A DNA stretch of 36,644 bases from an uncultured bacterium (GTDB lineage: Bacteria; Zixibacteria; MSB-5A5; JAABVY01; JAHJOQ01). The position numbers were made by a program, and so were the translations under genes. Shown one piece after another: positions 28,639 through 36,644 of this stretch. The notes beneath the pieces were generated by a model that did no database searches, was not told where the DNA came from, and saw nothing but the letters and a program-made list of their open reading frames with translations. The stretch covers positions 1 to 36,644 of the forward strand of contig CBDUQR010000030.1 of NCBI GenBank assembly GCA_965369655.1, written 5' to 3'. Each line of letters opens with the position of its first letter. Within the stretch, counting starts at the first letter, position 1.

Positions 28639-30204
28639 ATGGACCAGTATATACTGAGCATAGTCACGGCGATTCCGATGCTAGGAATCCTTCTGCTGTT
28701 GCTTGTCAGCAAGAAGGCAGAGTCGACGCTCAAGGTGATAGCCATCGCGTCGAGTTTCATCGCGTTCATCGCATCGCTCTATCTCTATTTCATGTTCGAC
28801 TCATCGACCGATGCGATGCAGTTCGCTGTCAAGATACCCTGGATAGCGTCGTTCGGCATAAGCTATAACATCGGGATCGACGGCCTGAGTTTGTGGCTTT
28901 TCATTCTGACGACATTCCTTTCGTGGATTGCGATCTGGTCGTCATGGAGTGCCATCAAGGATCGTCTCAAGGGCTTCCTGATCTCGCTGCTGCTGCTCGA
29001 AGTAGGCATGCTCGGCGTATTCATGTCGCTCGACCTGTTCCTGTTCTACGTTTTCTGGGAGTTGATGCTGATCCCGATGTATTTCCTGATAGGAATCTGG
29101 GGCGGTTCAAACAAAATCTACGCCACGATCAAATTCGTTCTCTTCACGCTCGTCGGGTCGCTTCTGATGCTAGTTGCGATCATCGTGCTTTACGTGATGC
29201 ATTACTACGCCGCCGGTTTCTACTCATTCGACCTGATGCAGATAGGGACGCTTGAGATCGGCCCAAAAGCGCAGTTGTGGCTCTTCGCCGCATTCGCGCT
29301 GGCGTTTGCCATTAAGGTTCCGATGTTCCCGTTCCACACATGGCTTCCCGACGCGCACGTTGAGGCTCCAACCGCCGGAAGCGTTATCCTTGCGGGAGTA
29401 TTGCTGAAAATGGGAACTTACGGTTTTCTGAGGTTCTGCCTCCCGTTGTTCCCGGATGCGTTCGTGCACTTCATACCGGTAATATCCGTCCTGGCCATAA
29501 TTGGTATCATCTACGGCGCACTGGTCGCGATGGTCCAGAAAGACGTCAAGTCGCTGGTCGCATTCTCGTCAGTGTCTCACTTAGGCTTTGTGATGATCGG
29601 AATGGCGGCTCTCAACACGCAGGGGTTGCAGGGGTCGATCATTCAGATGATAAACCATGGGATATCAACGGGCGCGCTGTTCCTCATCGTCGGGATGATC
29701 TATGAACGGAGACACACGAGAATGATCGCCGACCTCGGCGGTATCTTCACGTCAATGCCTGTCTGGACGACTTTCTTCATCATCGTCGCGCTATCCTCGA
29801 TAGGGTTGCCGTTTACGAACGGATTCGTTGGCGAGTTCCTGATACTGCTTGGCGCTTTCAAAGCAAACATCGTTTACGCTGTCCTGGCAGCGACCGGGAT
29901 GATACTCGCTGCCGTATATATGCTCTGGATGCTGCAACGGGTTGTCTACGGCAAGATAACGCGGGAAGAGAACAGAAACCTGACAGACATCAATCTGAGA
30001 GAGAAGCTGATCCTTTTGCCGATAGTGATTCTCATCTTCTGGATCGGCATCTATCCATCGACATTCTTCAAGCCAATGGAAAAAACGATCGAGAAGTTGC
30101 TGAAGACTGTGGAGGCCGCGAAGGAGAGAGCGGAACTGCCGCTACCTGAGGGGATCGAGTTTACGGCGAGCGTTGCAGATACGGTAGACGTGGAGGGTAA
30201 TTGA
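28639..30204 (+). CDS. nuoM: NADH-quinone oxidoreductase subunit M
   Basis: FYVFWE, KVPMFPFHTWLPDAHVEAPT, LLKMG.YG, SSVSHLG. Confidence 0.98.
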   Translation: MDQYILSIVTAIPMLGILLLLLVSKKAESTLKVIAIASSFIAFIASLYLYFMFDSSTDAMQFAVKIPWIASFGISYNIGIDGLSLWLFILTTFLSWIAIWSSWSAIKDRLKGFLISLLLLEVGMLGVFMSLDLFLFYVFWELMLIPMYFLIGIWGGSNKIYATIKFVLFTLVGSLLMLVAIIVLYVMHYYAAGFYSFDLMQIGTLEIGPKAQLWLFAAFALAFAIKVPMFPFHTWLPDAHVEAPTAGSVILAGVLLKMGTYGFLRFCLPLFPDAFVHFIPVISVLAIIGIIYGALVAMVQKDVKSLVAFSSVSHLGFVMIGMAALNTQGLQGSIIQMINHGISTGALFLIVGMIYERRHTRMIADLGGIFTSMPVWTTFFIIVALSSIGLPFTNGFVGEFLILLGAFKANIVYAVLAATGMILAAVYMLWMLQRVVYGKITREENRNLTDINLREKLILLPIVILIFWIGIYPSTFFKPMEKTIEKLLKTVEAAKERAELPLPEGIEFTASVADTVDVEGN

Positions 30205-30206
30205 CA

Positions 30207-30428
30207 ATGCCTGACGTAAAGATATTCACCAAGCCCGGTTGTCCATACTGCGCTGCGGCGAGGAAAGACTTAGATGATCGAGGAGTCAGATACGAAGAAT
30301 TGGACGTCACTTCCAGCGGTGAGAATGCGAAACAGGCTCTCGGTTTTTCGAAGGGCCAGAGGCTCGTTCCCATTATCGTAACTGACGGCGAGGTGCAAGT
30401 TGGATTCAACGGAGGCTGAGGATTCTGA
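30207..30428 (+). CDS. Glutaredoxin-like probable selenoprotein with C-terminal GG-U-GF-stop (Uxx-star type); Sec codon at 30417-30419
   Basis: MPDVKIFTKPGCPYC...RLVPIIVTDGEVQVGFNGG-TGA-GGA-TTC-TGA. GGAGG RBS at 30192-30196 favours ATG 30207. SECIS-like hairpin 11 nt after the first TGA. The ORF track stops at 30419. Confidence 0.85.
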
Positions 30429-30430
30429 TC

Positions 30431-30449
30431 GCCGGGCGGTCTGTCCGGC
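30431..30449 (+). promoter_or_regulatory. Bacterial SECIS-like hairpin
   Basis: GCCGGGC-GGTCT-GTCCGGC, a 7-bp stem with one G-U. It starts 11 nt after the UGA at 30417-30419, and its apical GGUCU resembles the E. coli fdhF SECIS. Confidence 0.75.
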
Positions 30450-30463
30450 ACACGAGATAGAAT

Positions 30464-31918
30464 ATGCCGATTAACTTACCACATATAGATTATGCAGCGA
30501 TACTGCCGGAGTTGATCACTGGCGGCATGGCGCTTCTGGTTATGTTGATCACGCCGTTCATGCCGGATGAGAGACGATATTACACAGGCTATCTTGCGTG
30601 GCTCGGTATCATCGCGGCTGCGGTTGCCACATACATGGGGTTTGCAAAAGAGGTAACGACGTTCTCCGGCTTGTATGTGACCGATTTCTTCTCGACGGTG
30701 ATGAAGCTCGTTTTCCTTCTTGGATCATTTCTCGTGATTCTGCTGTCGGACAATTTCGTTCGGCTCAGGAAGCTTCCTGCGGGCGAGTACTACGCGCTGA
30801 TTCTCTTTGCCACTCTGGGCATGATGATGATGGCATCGGCGGGCGATCTGATTGTATTCTTCATAGGGCTCGAGATTATGTCTGTGGCCCTGTATGTCCT
30901 TGCGGGAATCAGGCGGGTCGATCTGAAATCTAACGAAGCATCTCTGAAGTACTTCTTCCTCGGCGCGTTCGCCACAGGATTCATCGTATTCGGCATTGCA
31001 TTCATCTATGGCGCAATAGGAACGACATCGCTGACTCACGTTTTCGATATCAGTCTCTATGTATTCGAGAACTCGGGACTGTATCTTATGATCGGTGGCG
31101 CTTTGCTTCTGATAGGACTTGCGTTCAAGATCGCGTCATTCCCGTTTCACATGTGGGTTCCCGATGTCTACGAGGGAGCGCCGACTGTAGTGACCGCGTT
31201 CATGTCATCGGGACCGAAAGCCGCGGCGATAGCTGTTCTCGCGCGAGTGTTCATCTTCGCGTTCGGCGAGCAAACGGCCATTATCGCCCCGATCTTCTGG
31301 GTTCTCTCCGTGTTGACCATGTTTGTGGGCAATCTGACCGCGATCTCGCAGTCGAACGTCAAGCGAATGCTGGCGTACTCATCGATTGCACATGCTGGCT
31401 ACATGATGATTGCGTTCGTCGCTGCGAGTGGCGAGGCAGTATCCGCCGTCGCCTATTATGTTCTCTGCTACACGGTGATGAATATCGGCGCATTCGCAGT
31501 GTTGATTATTGTCGAGAGCAAAACAGACGGCGACAATCAATTGTCAAGCTTCACCGGGCTGGGCCGACGGCATCCGATTCTCGGGGCTGCAATGCTTCTC
31601 TTCCTGATTTCGCTGGCAGGTATCCCTCCGACGGCCGGGTTCTTCGCGAAGTTCTATCTGTTCAAAGCAGCGATACTCAAGGGATATATCCTGCTGGCGG
31701 TGATCGCGGTGATCAACAGTCTTATCTCAGTCTACTACTATCTACGAGTCGTCGTTGTGATGTTTATGATAGATACCGAGACCGAATTCCGTCCTGTGAC
31801 ATATCCATCGGCGCTCTACGTAGCTCTCGTGATTGCAGTGATGGCGGTATTGGCGCTCGGAGTGTTCCCGTCGTATTTCTTCCCGTTCGATCAGCCGATG
31901 CTTGTTGCGTTCGGTTGA
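30464..31918 (+). CDS. nuoN: NADH-quinone oxidoreductase subunit N
   Basis: EASLKYF, FKIASFPFHMWVPDVYEGAPT, KRMLAYSSIAHAGY, SLAGIPPTAGFFAKF. Confidence 0.98.
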   Translation: MPINLPHIDYAAILPELITGGMALLVMLITPFMPDERRYYTGYLAWLGIIAAAVATYMGFAKEVTTFSGLYVTDFFSTVMKLVFLLGSFLVILLSDNFVRLRKLPAGEYYALILFATLGMMMMASAGDLIVFFIGLEIMSVALYVLAGIRRVDLKSNEASLKYFFLGAFATGFIVFGIAFIYGAIGTTSLTHVFDISLYVFENSGLYLMIGGALLLIGLAFKIASFPFHMWVPDVYEGAPTVVTAFMSSGPKAAAIAVLARVFIFAFGEQTAIIAPIFWVLSVLTMFVGNLTAISQSNVKRMLAYSSIAHAGYMMIAFVAASGEAVSAVAYYVLCYTVMNIGAFAVLIIVESKTDGDNQLSSFTGLGRRHPILGAAMLLFLISLAGIPPTAGFFAKFYLFKAAILKGYILLAVIAVINSLISVYYYLRVVVVMFMIDTETEFRPVTYPSALYVALVIAVMAVLALGVFPSYFFPFDQPMLVAFG

Positions 31919-31927
31919 TTAATTTCC

Positions 31928-32279
31928 GTAGGTCAATCCCACTTGGGGGGATTGACACCGGACTCGCTTACGCGACAAATGTCCAGAGGTAGTCCCAAAA
32001 GTCCTGTTATTTAGTAGGTCGGTGTTCCGCAGCAGGCGATACCTGCAAGAAACCCGACTGCCGGTCAACAAGATAGAGGTGTCGCGTTTTTCACCCCGCT
32101 CTGCGGGATTCGGAACACGACCTACTTCTGGGACAGCCTCTCCACATCTGCCGATATAGATTCAAGATGGGGCAGACCCTTCGAAGCTCAGGACTTTGCG
32201 AGGACGTCTGCCGCCCACTGAAATCCAATTGTCAAGCGCCCTTCGCAAGTCTCAGGACAGGCGAGCGCGCTTGACCTAC
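31928..32279. repeat. REP-rich convergent spacer between nuoN and the S8 protease
   Basis: GTAG-GTCAATCCC..GGGATTGAC (31928-31956). GTAGGTCG.TGTTCCG..CGGAACACGACCTAC (32014-32125). GGCAGAC..GTCTGCCGCCCAC (32171-32218). 32223-32279 nearly identical to 4201-4257. Confidence 0.8.
31976..32150. mobile_element. Possible MITE-like non-autonomous element with ~27-bp imperfect terminal inverted repeats
   Basis: Left end CAAATGTCCAGAGGTAGTCCCAAAAGT. Right end (reverse complement) CAGATGTGGAGAGGCTGTCCCAGAAGT. A third copy at 36531-36556. Confidence 0.45.
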
Positions 32280-32288
32280 TATCTACGC

Positions 32289-34946
32289 TTAAACACTGTA
32301 TGTGCAGGGTGGCGGGCCACCGGAGAAGATATAATTAATCAGGTAGACAACATCGTCGATGTCGACATTATCGCTGCAGTTGCAGTCACCAGCTTCGATG
32401 GGATTCGGTGCAGGGCCTCCTCCGAAGATGTAGTTCACGAGAAACACCACGTCGTCGATGTCGATCCCGCCGGAGCCGTCAGCATCACCCGATTGCATTA
32501 CTATATCGTATTGCGGCATGAAATCGACTCGCAGAGAATCGTGGGGACAATTTTCTGGCACTCCTCCATAAGTCGAAAAATACTCGTTCATCCGACAACC
32601 CTCGTCCCGGCTGATCCCGATCAGCGAGGTGAAAAAGAGGTCGAGAACTCCAACATCGAGATACTGGAATGAAATCCTGTGATCTGACGTCAGTATGACT
32701 TCAAATGTGATCATTGAGTCCGAATCGTGGCCGAAGTTGCCGATCTGGTGATACTCCACTATCATGGAATCCTGACCGGGCGTCGTGTAGTAATAGATTG
32801 AGCCGTGCCCAGCGCCGACAGTGTCAATCGTCAGATCGTTCCAGAAGGGAAGAAGCAGTGCGTCGATCCCGGGCGACGGCAGGTCGATGTACGCGAAATA
32901 GCCGCCGATGTTGACTTCGTCCGATGTGAATGATATTCCGCCATTGACGCCGACGTGGAGGGATGTGAAGACGTCATTGTAGAAGTTGAACGGGAATCCG
33001 ATCGGAATCTCAATCGATGTTCCATCGTCGAGCGCACCGCCCGGTCTGCTTTCGTTGTGGAACTCGTCGAGTTCGATCATCGTACCGGTTTGAGAGATTT
33101 CTATCCACTCGAAATCCGGCCCGTCAGGGTCGTCGCTGTCAATCGTCACGTAGTCCGTGTCGTTGCACAGGACCGTGAAAAAGACAGGTATGTCGATCTC
33201 ATACCATGTGCCGTAGTCGACACTGATAATCCCTTTGTAGTTGTATGTTGTGTCATCGAGAGGGGCGCTATCCAGTGTCACAAACAGCCCGACATAACCG
33301 CCCGGATCGATAGTACCGGTGTCGGGATCAACATCGATCCATCCGGGATCAGCGAGACCTTCGAGTGTGTCGTTTATGCTGATGCTGAAACTGGCGGAAG
33401 CGGAACTATTGGTATTTGTCAAAACAATCAGATCGGATGCGACCTGACCACCGACCGCTGAGAGATCAAGGTACGTTGGATCGGCGACAAGTCCGGGTGG
33501 CGGAAGATACTGATACGCCGATTCGAGGTTCGGGCGGGGACCTATCCATTCCGATGGATTCGGCTGCTGTGAACCGGTGTTCTCCAACAGCGAGACTACG
33601 ACTTCCGGCACCATCGGCAAACCGTACTGAGCCTTATATATGCCTTGCAGACAAATCACCGCACCCGCGACGATCGGCGCCGCGCTCGATGTGCCGCCGA
33701 ATGTCTCGGTGTAGTACTGGTTCTGATCGCCCCCGCCACTGAAAAGGCCGCCGTATCCGGTAGTCACTACGTTTTTGCCCCAGCCCTGAAGGTTGACGCG
33801 CGAACCGTAGTTCGAGAAATAGAGCCTCGATCTGTCCAGACCGTATTCGCCACCCGGTGGAGCACCCGCGCCAACGAGTATCGCGCGCGAGTCTCGGAAA
33901 TCTCTGTTGAATTTCTCCTCGTAGATTGGATCATCAAGGTCCTCGTAGCCGTTGCCCGCTGCTGCTACAACGATTATCCCTTTCGCTGTCGCCATCTGAA
34001 TGGCATCGAAATTGGCCTGGAAATACTCCATCGGGACGTATCCCATCTGGTCCGGACGGGACTGGAAATCGTATCGCGGTCCGGGCGTGTGCAGTTCTAT
34101 GATTATAACATCGCCGGCTTGGAGGTTTGCGGCGGAAATGTCGACGGCCGCAGCGACTCCTATGCCTCCGGTCGAAGCCATGTCCACGTGGGCGTCATAG
34201 GCTATGCCGGTGATCCCGTATTCGTTGGAATCTCCGACTATCTCGCCCAGCACTGCGGTGCCATGATTGATCCAGTCTTGCCACGGGATCAGGTCACCGG
34301 CAAGCAGCCCGCCGATATTGTCTCCGAAATCCTCATGGTCGAGATTCCAGTTGCCCTCGATATCGACTACATCGATTCCCGCTCCCGTTCCGCCCGGAAT
34401 GGTCCACGCGAAGTCCGCCGCAATGCCCTCGGGAACGCCGTAGAGATAGCCCTGGCTTCCAGAAAAATCCGGCGTTGGAGGTGGAATGTCCTGTGCAGGT
34501 TCTGCCTGGGGTTCAAGATAGACAGTCTTTACCTGGGGCAGACGACTCAGCATGTTCAGAAGTCGTTCGGCCTCGGAGTGATCCGAGACATCGATCTGGA
34601 AATATGAATTCTTGTCCACCGTGCGATGGGGTGCGATGGCGCTCAATTGCCTGTACTCCTCGTCAAGCTCCGTTTCACTCCGCACAAAGAGCGGCTTGAG
34701 GGTGTATTCACCTATTGCAGCCTTGAGTCCATCCGTGACGATTCCGGAGAGGCTGACGAGCGAACCGTTCCGCAATCGCATCTTAAGCGGCTCATCGAAT
34801 TTGACGACAAGTCTCTCAATCTTCATTCCAAGTGAGACCGATATGCGGTCGTCTGGCTTATTTGGCGCTGCGTACGCCGGAACGCTTAGAGCGAGAGCCA
34901 GCAACGCGAGCAGACAGACTATTTCTGTGCAAAGATTTCTACTCAT
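32289..34946 (-). CDS. Secreted subtilisin-family (S8) serine protease with C-terminal dockerin
   Basis: Signal peptide ending PAYA. Catalytic D (VVDIEG), H (NHGTAVLG), oxyanion N (AAGNG) and S (FGGTSSAAP). Ig/nidogen-like region, then GDADGSGGIDIDDVVFL..GDCNCSDNVDIDDVVYL. ATG 34946 preferred because the ORF-track TTG at 34985 sits at the predicted TSS. Confidence 0.9.
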   Translation of the reverse strand: MSRNLCTEIVCLLALLALALSVPAYAAPNKPDDRISVSLGMKIERLVVKFDEPLKMRLRNGSLVSLSGIVTDGLKAAIGEYTLKPLFVRSETELDEEYRQLSAIAPHRTVDKNSYFQIDVSDHSEAERLLNMLSRLPQVKTVYLEPQAEPAQDIPPPTPDFSGSQGYLYGVPEGIAADFAWTIPGGTGAGIDVVDIEGNWNLDHEDFGDNIGGLLAGDLIPWQDWINHGTAVLGEIVGDSNEYGITGIAYDAHVDMASTGGIGVAAAVDISAANLQAGDVIIIELHTPGPRYDFQSRPDQMGYVPMEYFQANFDAIQMATAKGIIVVAAAGNGYEDLDDPIYEEKFNRDFRDSRAILVGAGAPPGGEYGLDRSRLYFSNYGSRVNLQGWGKNVVTTGYGGLFSGGGDQNQYYTETFGGTSSAAPIVAGAVICLQGIYKAQYGLPMVPEVVVSLLENTGSQQPNPSEWIGPRPNLESAYQYLPPPGLVADPTYLDLSAVGGQVASDLIVLTNTNSSASASFSISINDTLEGLADPGWIDVDPDTGTIDPGGYVGLFVTLDSAPLDDTTYNYKGIISVDYGTWYEIDIPVFFTVLCNDTDYVTIDSDDPDGPDFEWIEISQTGTMIELDEFHNESRPGGALDDGTSIEIPIGFPFNFYNDVFTSLHVGVNGGISFTSDEVNIGGYFAYIDLPSPGIDALLLPFWNDLTIDTVGAGHGSIYYYTTPGQDSMIVEYHQIGNFGHDSDSMITFEVILTSDHRISFQYLDVGVLDLFFTSLIGISRDEGCRMNEYFSTYGGVPENCPHDSLRVDFMPQYDIVMQSGDADGSGGIDIDDVVFLVNYIFGGGPAPNPIEAGDCNCSDNVDIDDVVYLINYIFSGGPPPCTYSV

Positions 34947-34989
34947 AATACTGTAGTCGGCAGACAGCCGGCAGCACCCAATCAATTGA

Positions 34990-35017
34990 ATGATACTACA
35001 GTTATCGAGATTGTCAA
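34990..35017 (-). promoter_or_regulatory. Sigma70 promoter of the S8 protease gene
   Basis: Minus strand TTGACA-N16-TATCAT. Confidence 0.6.
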
Positions 35018-35025
35018 TGGGTTAT

Positions 35026-36414
35026 TCAGCCAAGCTTCGTCTTGCCGTTGGCGGCCTCGATCGAGGTGGGGTACTTGCCGGAGAAGCAGGCGACGCAAAA
35101 CTCAGCCTGGGGCAACGAATTCATCGACAGCATGCCTTTGAGGGAGAGATAGCCGAGCGAGTCGCATCCCAGTCGTTTGCGAATCTGTTCGACCGAGCAT
35201 TGCGATGCTGCCAGTTCTTTCCTTGTTGGCATGTCGATACCATAGAAACAGGGGCTTATTATGGGTGGCGAGGAGATGCGAAAGTGCACCTCTCTGGCGC
35301 CCGCCTCGTAGAGCATCTTGACGAGCTTCCGCGATGTCGTGCCCCGGACGATTGAATCATCGACCACGACGACTCTCCGGCCTTTGAGAACGCCTTTGAC
35401 CGGGTTGAACTTGATTTTCACGTCGAGGTCACGGATTCTCTGTTCCGGATCGATGAATGTTCGCCCGACGTAGTGATTCCGTATGAAACCGATTTCCATG
35501 CGCAGGCCCGATTCCTCGGAAAAACCGAGTGCCGCCGTATTGGAAGAGTCAGGGACAGAGATCACAATATCAGCGTCTGCCGGGTGCTCTCTTGCGAGTT
35601 GTTTTCCGAGACGTCGCCGGACCTTGTCGACATTCTCTCCGAATATCATGGAATCGGGTCGTGAGAAGTAGATGAATTCGAATATGCAAAATGCGTGGCG
35701 AGCCTTGTTCTCGATGGTCTCACTGTGCAGGCCTGTCGCGTTGATTTCGAGGACTTCTCCCGGATCAATGTCTCTCACGTATTTCGCACCTATTATGTCG
35801 AACGCGCATGTCTCAGAAGCTATGATCCACGCCTTGTTTCTCCTGCCGAGCGCGAGCGGTCGAAATCCCCTCGGATCCCGCGCCGCGATGATGCTGTCAT
35901 CGGTCAGGAAAACGAGACTGTATGCACCCTGCAGGCGTCGCAGTGTCCTTGCGATTCGCTTGCGCATCAACTTCTCTTTGGAGCGAGCGATAAGATGGAG
36001 GACTATCTCGGAATCGGACGTCGTTTGGAAAATCGCGCCATGATTTTCCAGTTTGCTTTTCAGCGAGAGTGAATTCGTGATATTGCCGTTGTGCCCGACC
36101 GCCAGATGGTAGCCTCGGAACTGCGTCAGCAGTGGCTGTACATTTACTGTGGTAGAGGAGCCTGTCGTTGAATACCTGTTGTGGCCGATTGCGATATTGC
36201 CTTTCAGCTTCTTCAGGTTCTCCTCGACGGAGAATACCGCGCTTACTTCACCCATGTCCTTATGCACATGGATACATCCTTTGTCGTTTGAGATTATTCC
36301 CGAAGATTCCTGCCCGCGATGCTGCAGCGAGTAAAGCCCCAGGTAGGTCAGTTCAGCAGCTTTTCTTGCTCCGAAGATTGCGAAAACGGCACAGTTATCA
36401 TGAAGCATTTGCAT
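35026..36414 (-). CDS. purF: Amidophosphoribosyltransferase ([4Fe-4S]/propeptide type)
   Basis: LQHRGQES, GHNRYST, HNGN, SDSE, CIFEFIYFSRPDS, VVVDDSIVRGTTS, PCFYGID, CVACF. Confidence 0.97.
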   Translation of the reverse strand: MQMLHDNCAVFAIFGARKAAELTYLGLYSLQHRGQESSGIISNDKGCIHVHKDMGEVSAVFSVEENLKKLKGNIAIGHNRYSTTGSSTTVNVQPLLTQFRGYHLAVGHNGNITNSLSLKSKLENHGAIFQTTSDSEIVLHLIARSKEKLMRKRIARTLRRLQGAYSLVFLTDDSIIAARDPRGFRPLALGRRNKAWIIASETCAFDIIGAKYVRDIDPGEVLEINATGLHSETIENKARHAFCIFEFIYFSRPDSMIFGENVDKVRRRLGKQLAREHPADADIVISVPDSSNTAALGFSEESGLRMEIGFIRNHYVGRTFIDPEQRIRDLDVKIKFNPVKGVLKGRRVVVVDDSIVRGTTSRKLVKMLYEAGAREVHFRISSPPIISPCFYGIDMPTRKELAASQCSVEQIRKRLGCDSLGYLSLKGMLSMNSLPQAEFCVACFSGKYPTSIEAANGKTKLG

Positions 36415-36444
36415 CCCCGCATCCGCAAGGCGTTGAAAAGCCGA

Positions 36445-36472
36445 AATCTATCATACCGCATCGTCTTGTCAA
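36445..36472 (-). promoter_or_regulatory. Sigma70 promoter of purF
   Basis: Minus strand TTGACA-N16-TAGATT with an extended -10 TG. Confidence 0.6.
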
Positions 36473-36595
36473 GCCAATTCGCCGGTCTGGGTGATGATAT
36501 GCATCCAAGCGCACCATATTCTATGCACGGCAGATGTCCAGAGGCTGTCCCAAAAGACGCGAAAAGTGGGTAATCATGTTTGCGAAAGAAAGTAG

Positions 36596-36620
36596 CGTCA
36601 TTCCCGCGAAGGCGGGAATC
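36596..36620. repeat. CGTC-type REP palindrome, third copy
   Basis: CGTCATTCCCGCGAAGGCGGGAATC, identical to the copies at 1564 and 1730. Confidence 0.85.
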
Positions 36621-36644
36621 TATTGAATGCGTTATTGTTAGATA

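Noticed and set aside
30426-30466. Read-through of the second UGA fusing the glutaredoxin to NuoN
   Set aside because: The nuoN ATG is in a different frame (35 nt after the stop), and the hairpin is too close to that UGA to recode it.
15495-32489. DGR template/variable repeat among the dockerin-coding segments
   Set aside because: Differences seen are mostly synonymous and not adenine-specific, and there is no reverse transcriptase in the window.
32196-32672. 158-aa plus-strand ORF
   Set aside because: Starts within REP sequence and is antisense to the S8 dockerin region.
33645-34607. 320-aa plus-strand ORF, and the similar long ORFs 21971-22843, 27029-27709 and 31153-31992
   Set aside because: They are antisense or alternate-frame overlaps of well-supported genes and have no recognisable motifs.

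Overview
Bacterial window, mostly housekeeping. The dockerin repeats (GDADGSG.IDIDDVVYL..YIF.GGP.P) and the FlgD/T9SS-like tail suggest an FCB-group organism such as Zixibacteria; this is an inference. Gene order: a partial acyl-CoA carboxylase beta subunit (missing from the ORF track) and an acyl-CoA dehydrogenase (both minus); a deoxyhypusine-synthase-like protein; an ElaB/YqjD plus YqjE-like pair; a tight ftcD-PHP-metalloprotease-ECF S component-OM barrel-HD-MFS cluster; two secreted cohesin/dockerin proteins; a complete 14-gene complex I operon (nuoA-N); a dockerin-bearing S8 protease and purF (both minus). Best finding: the small CPYC glutaredoxin-like gene between nuoM and nuoN ends GG-UGA-GF-UGA, with a GGUCU-loop hairpin exactly 11 nt after the first UGA. 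It is probably a selenoprotein inside the complex I operon, truncated by the ORF caller. Also notable are a possible non-cellulosomal cohesin-dockerin scaffold with a protease as cargo, and intergenic REP palindromes in which one ~21-nt hairpin module is nested in three different host stems.
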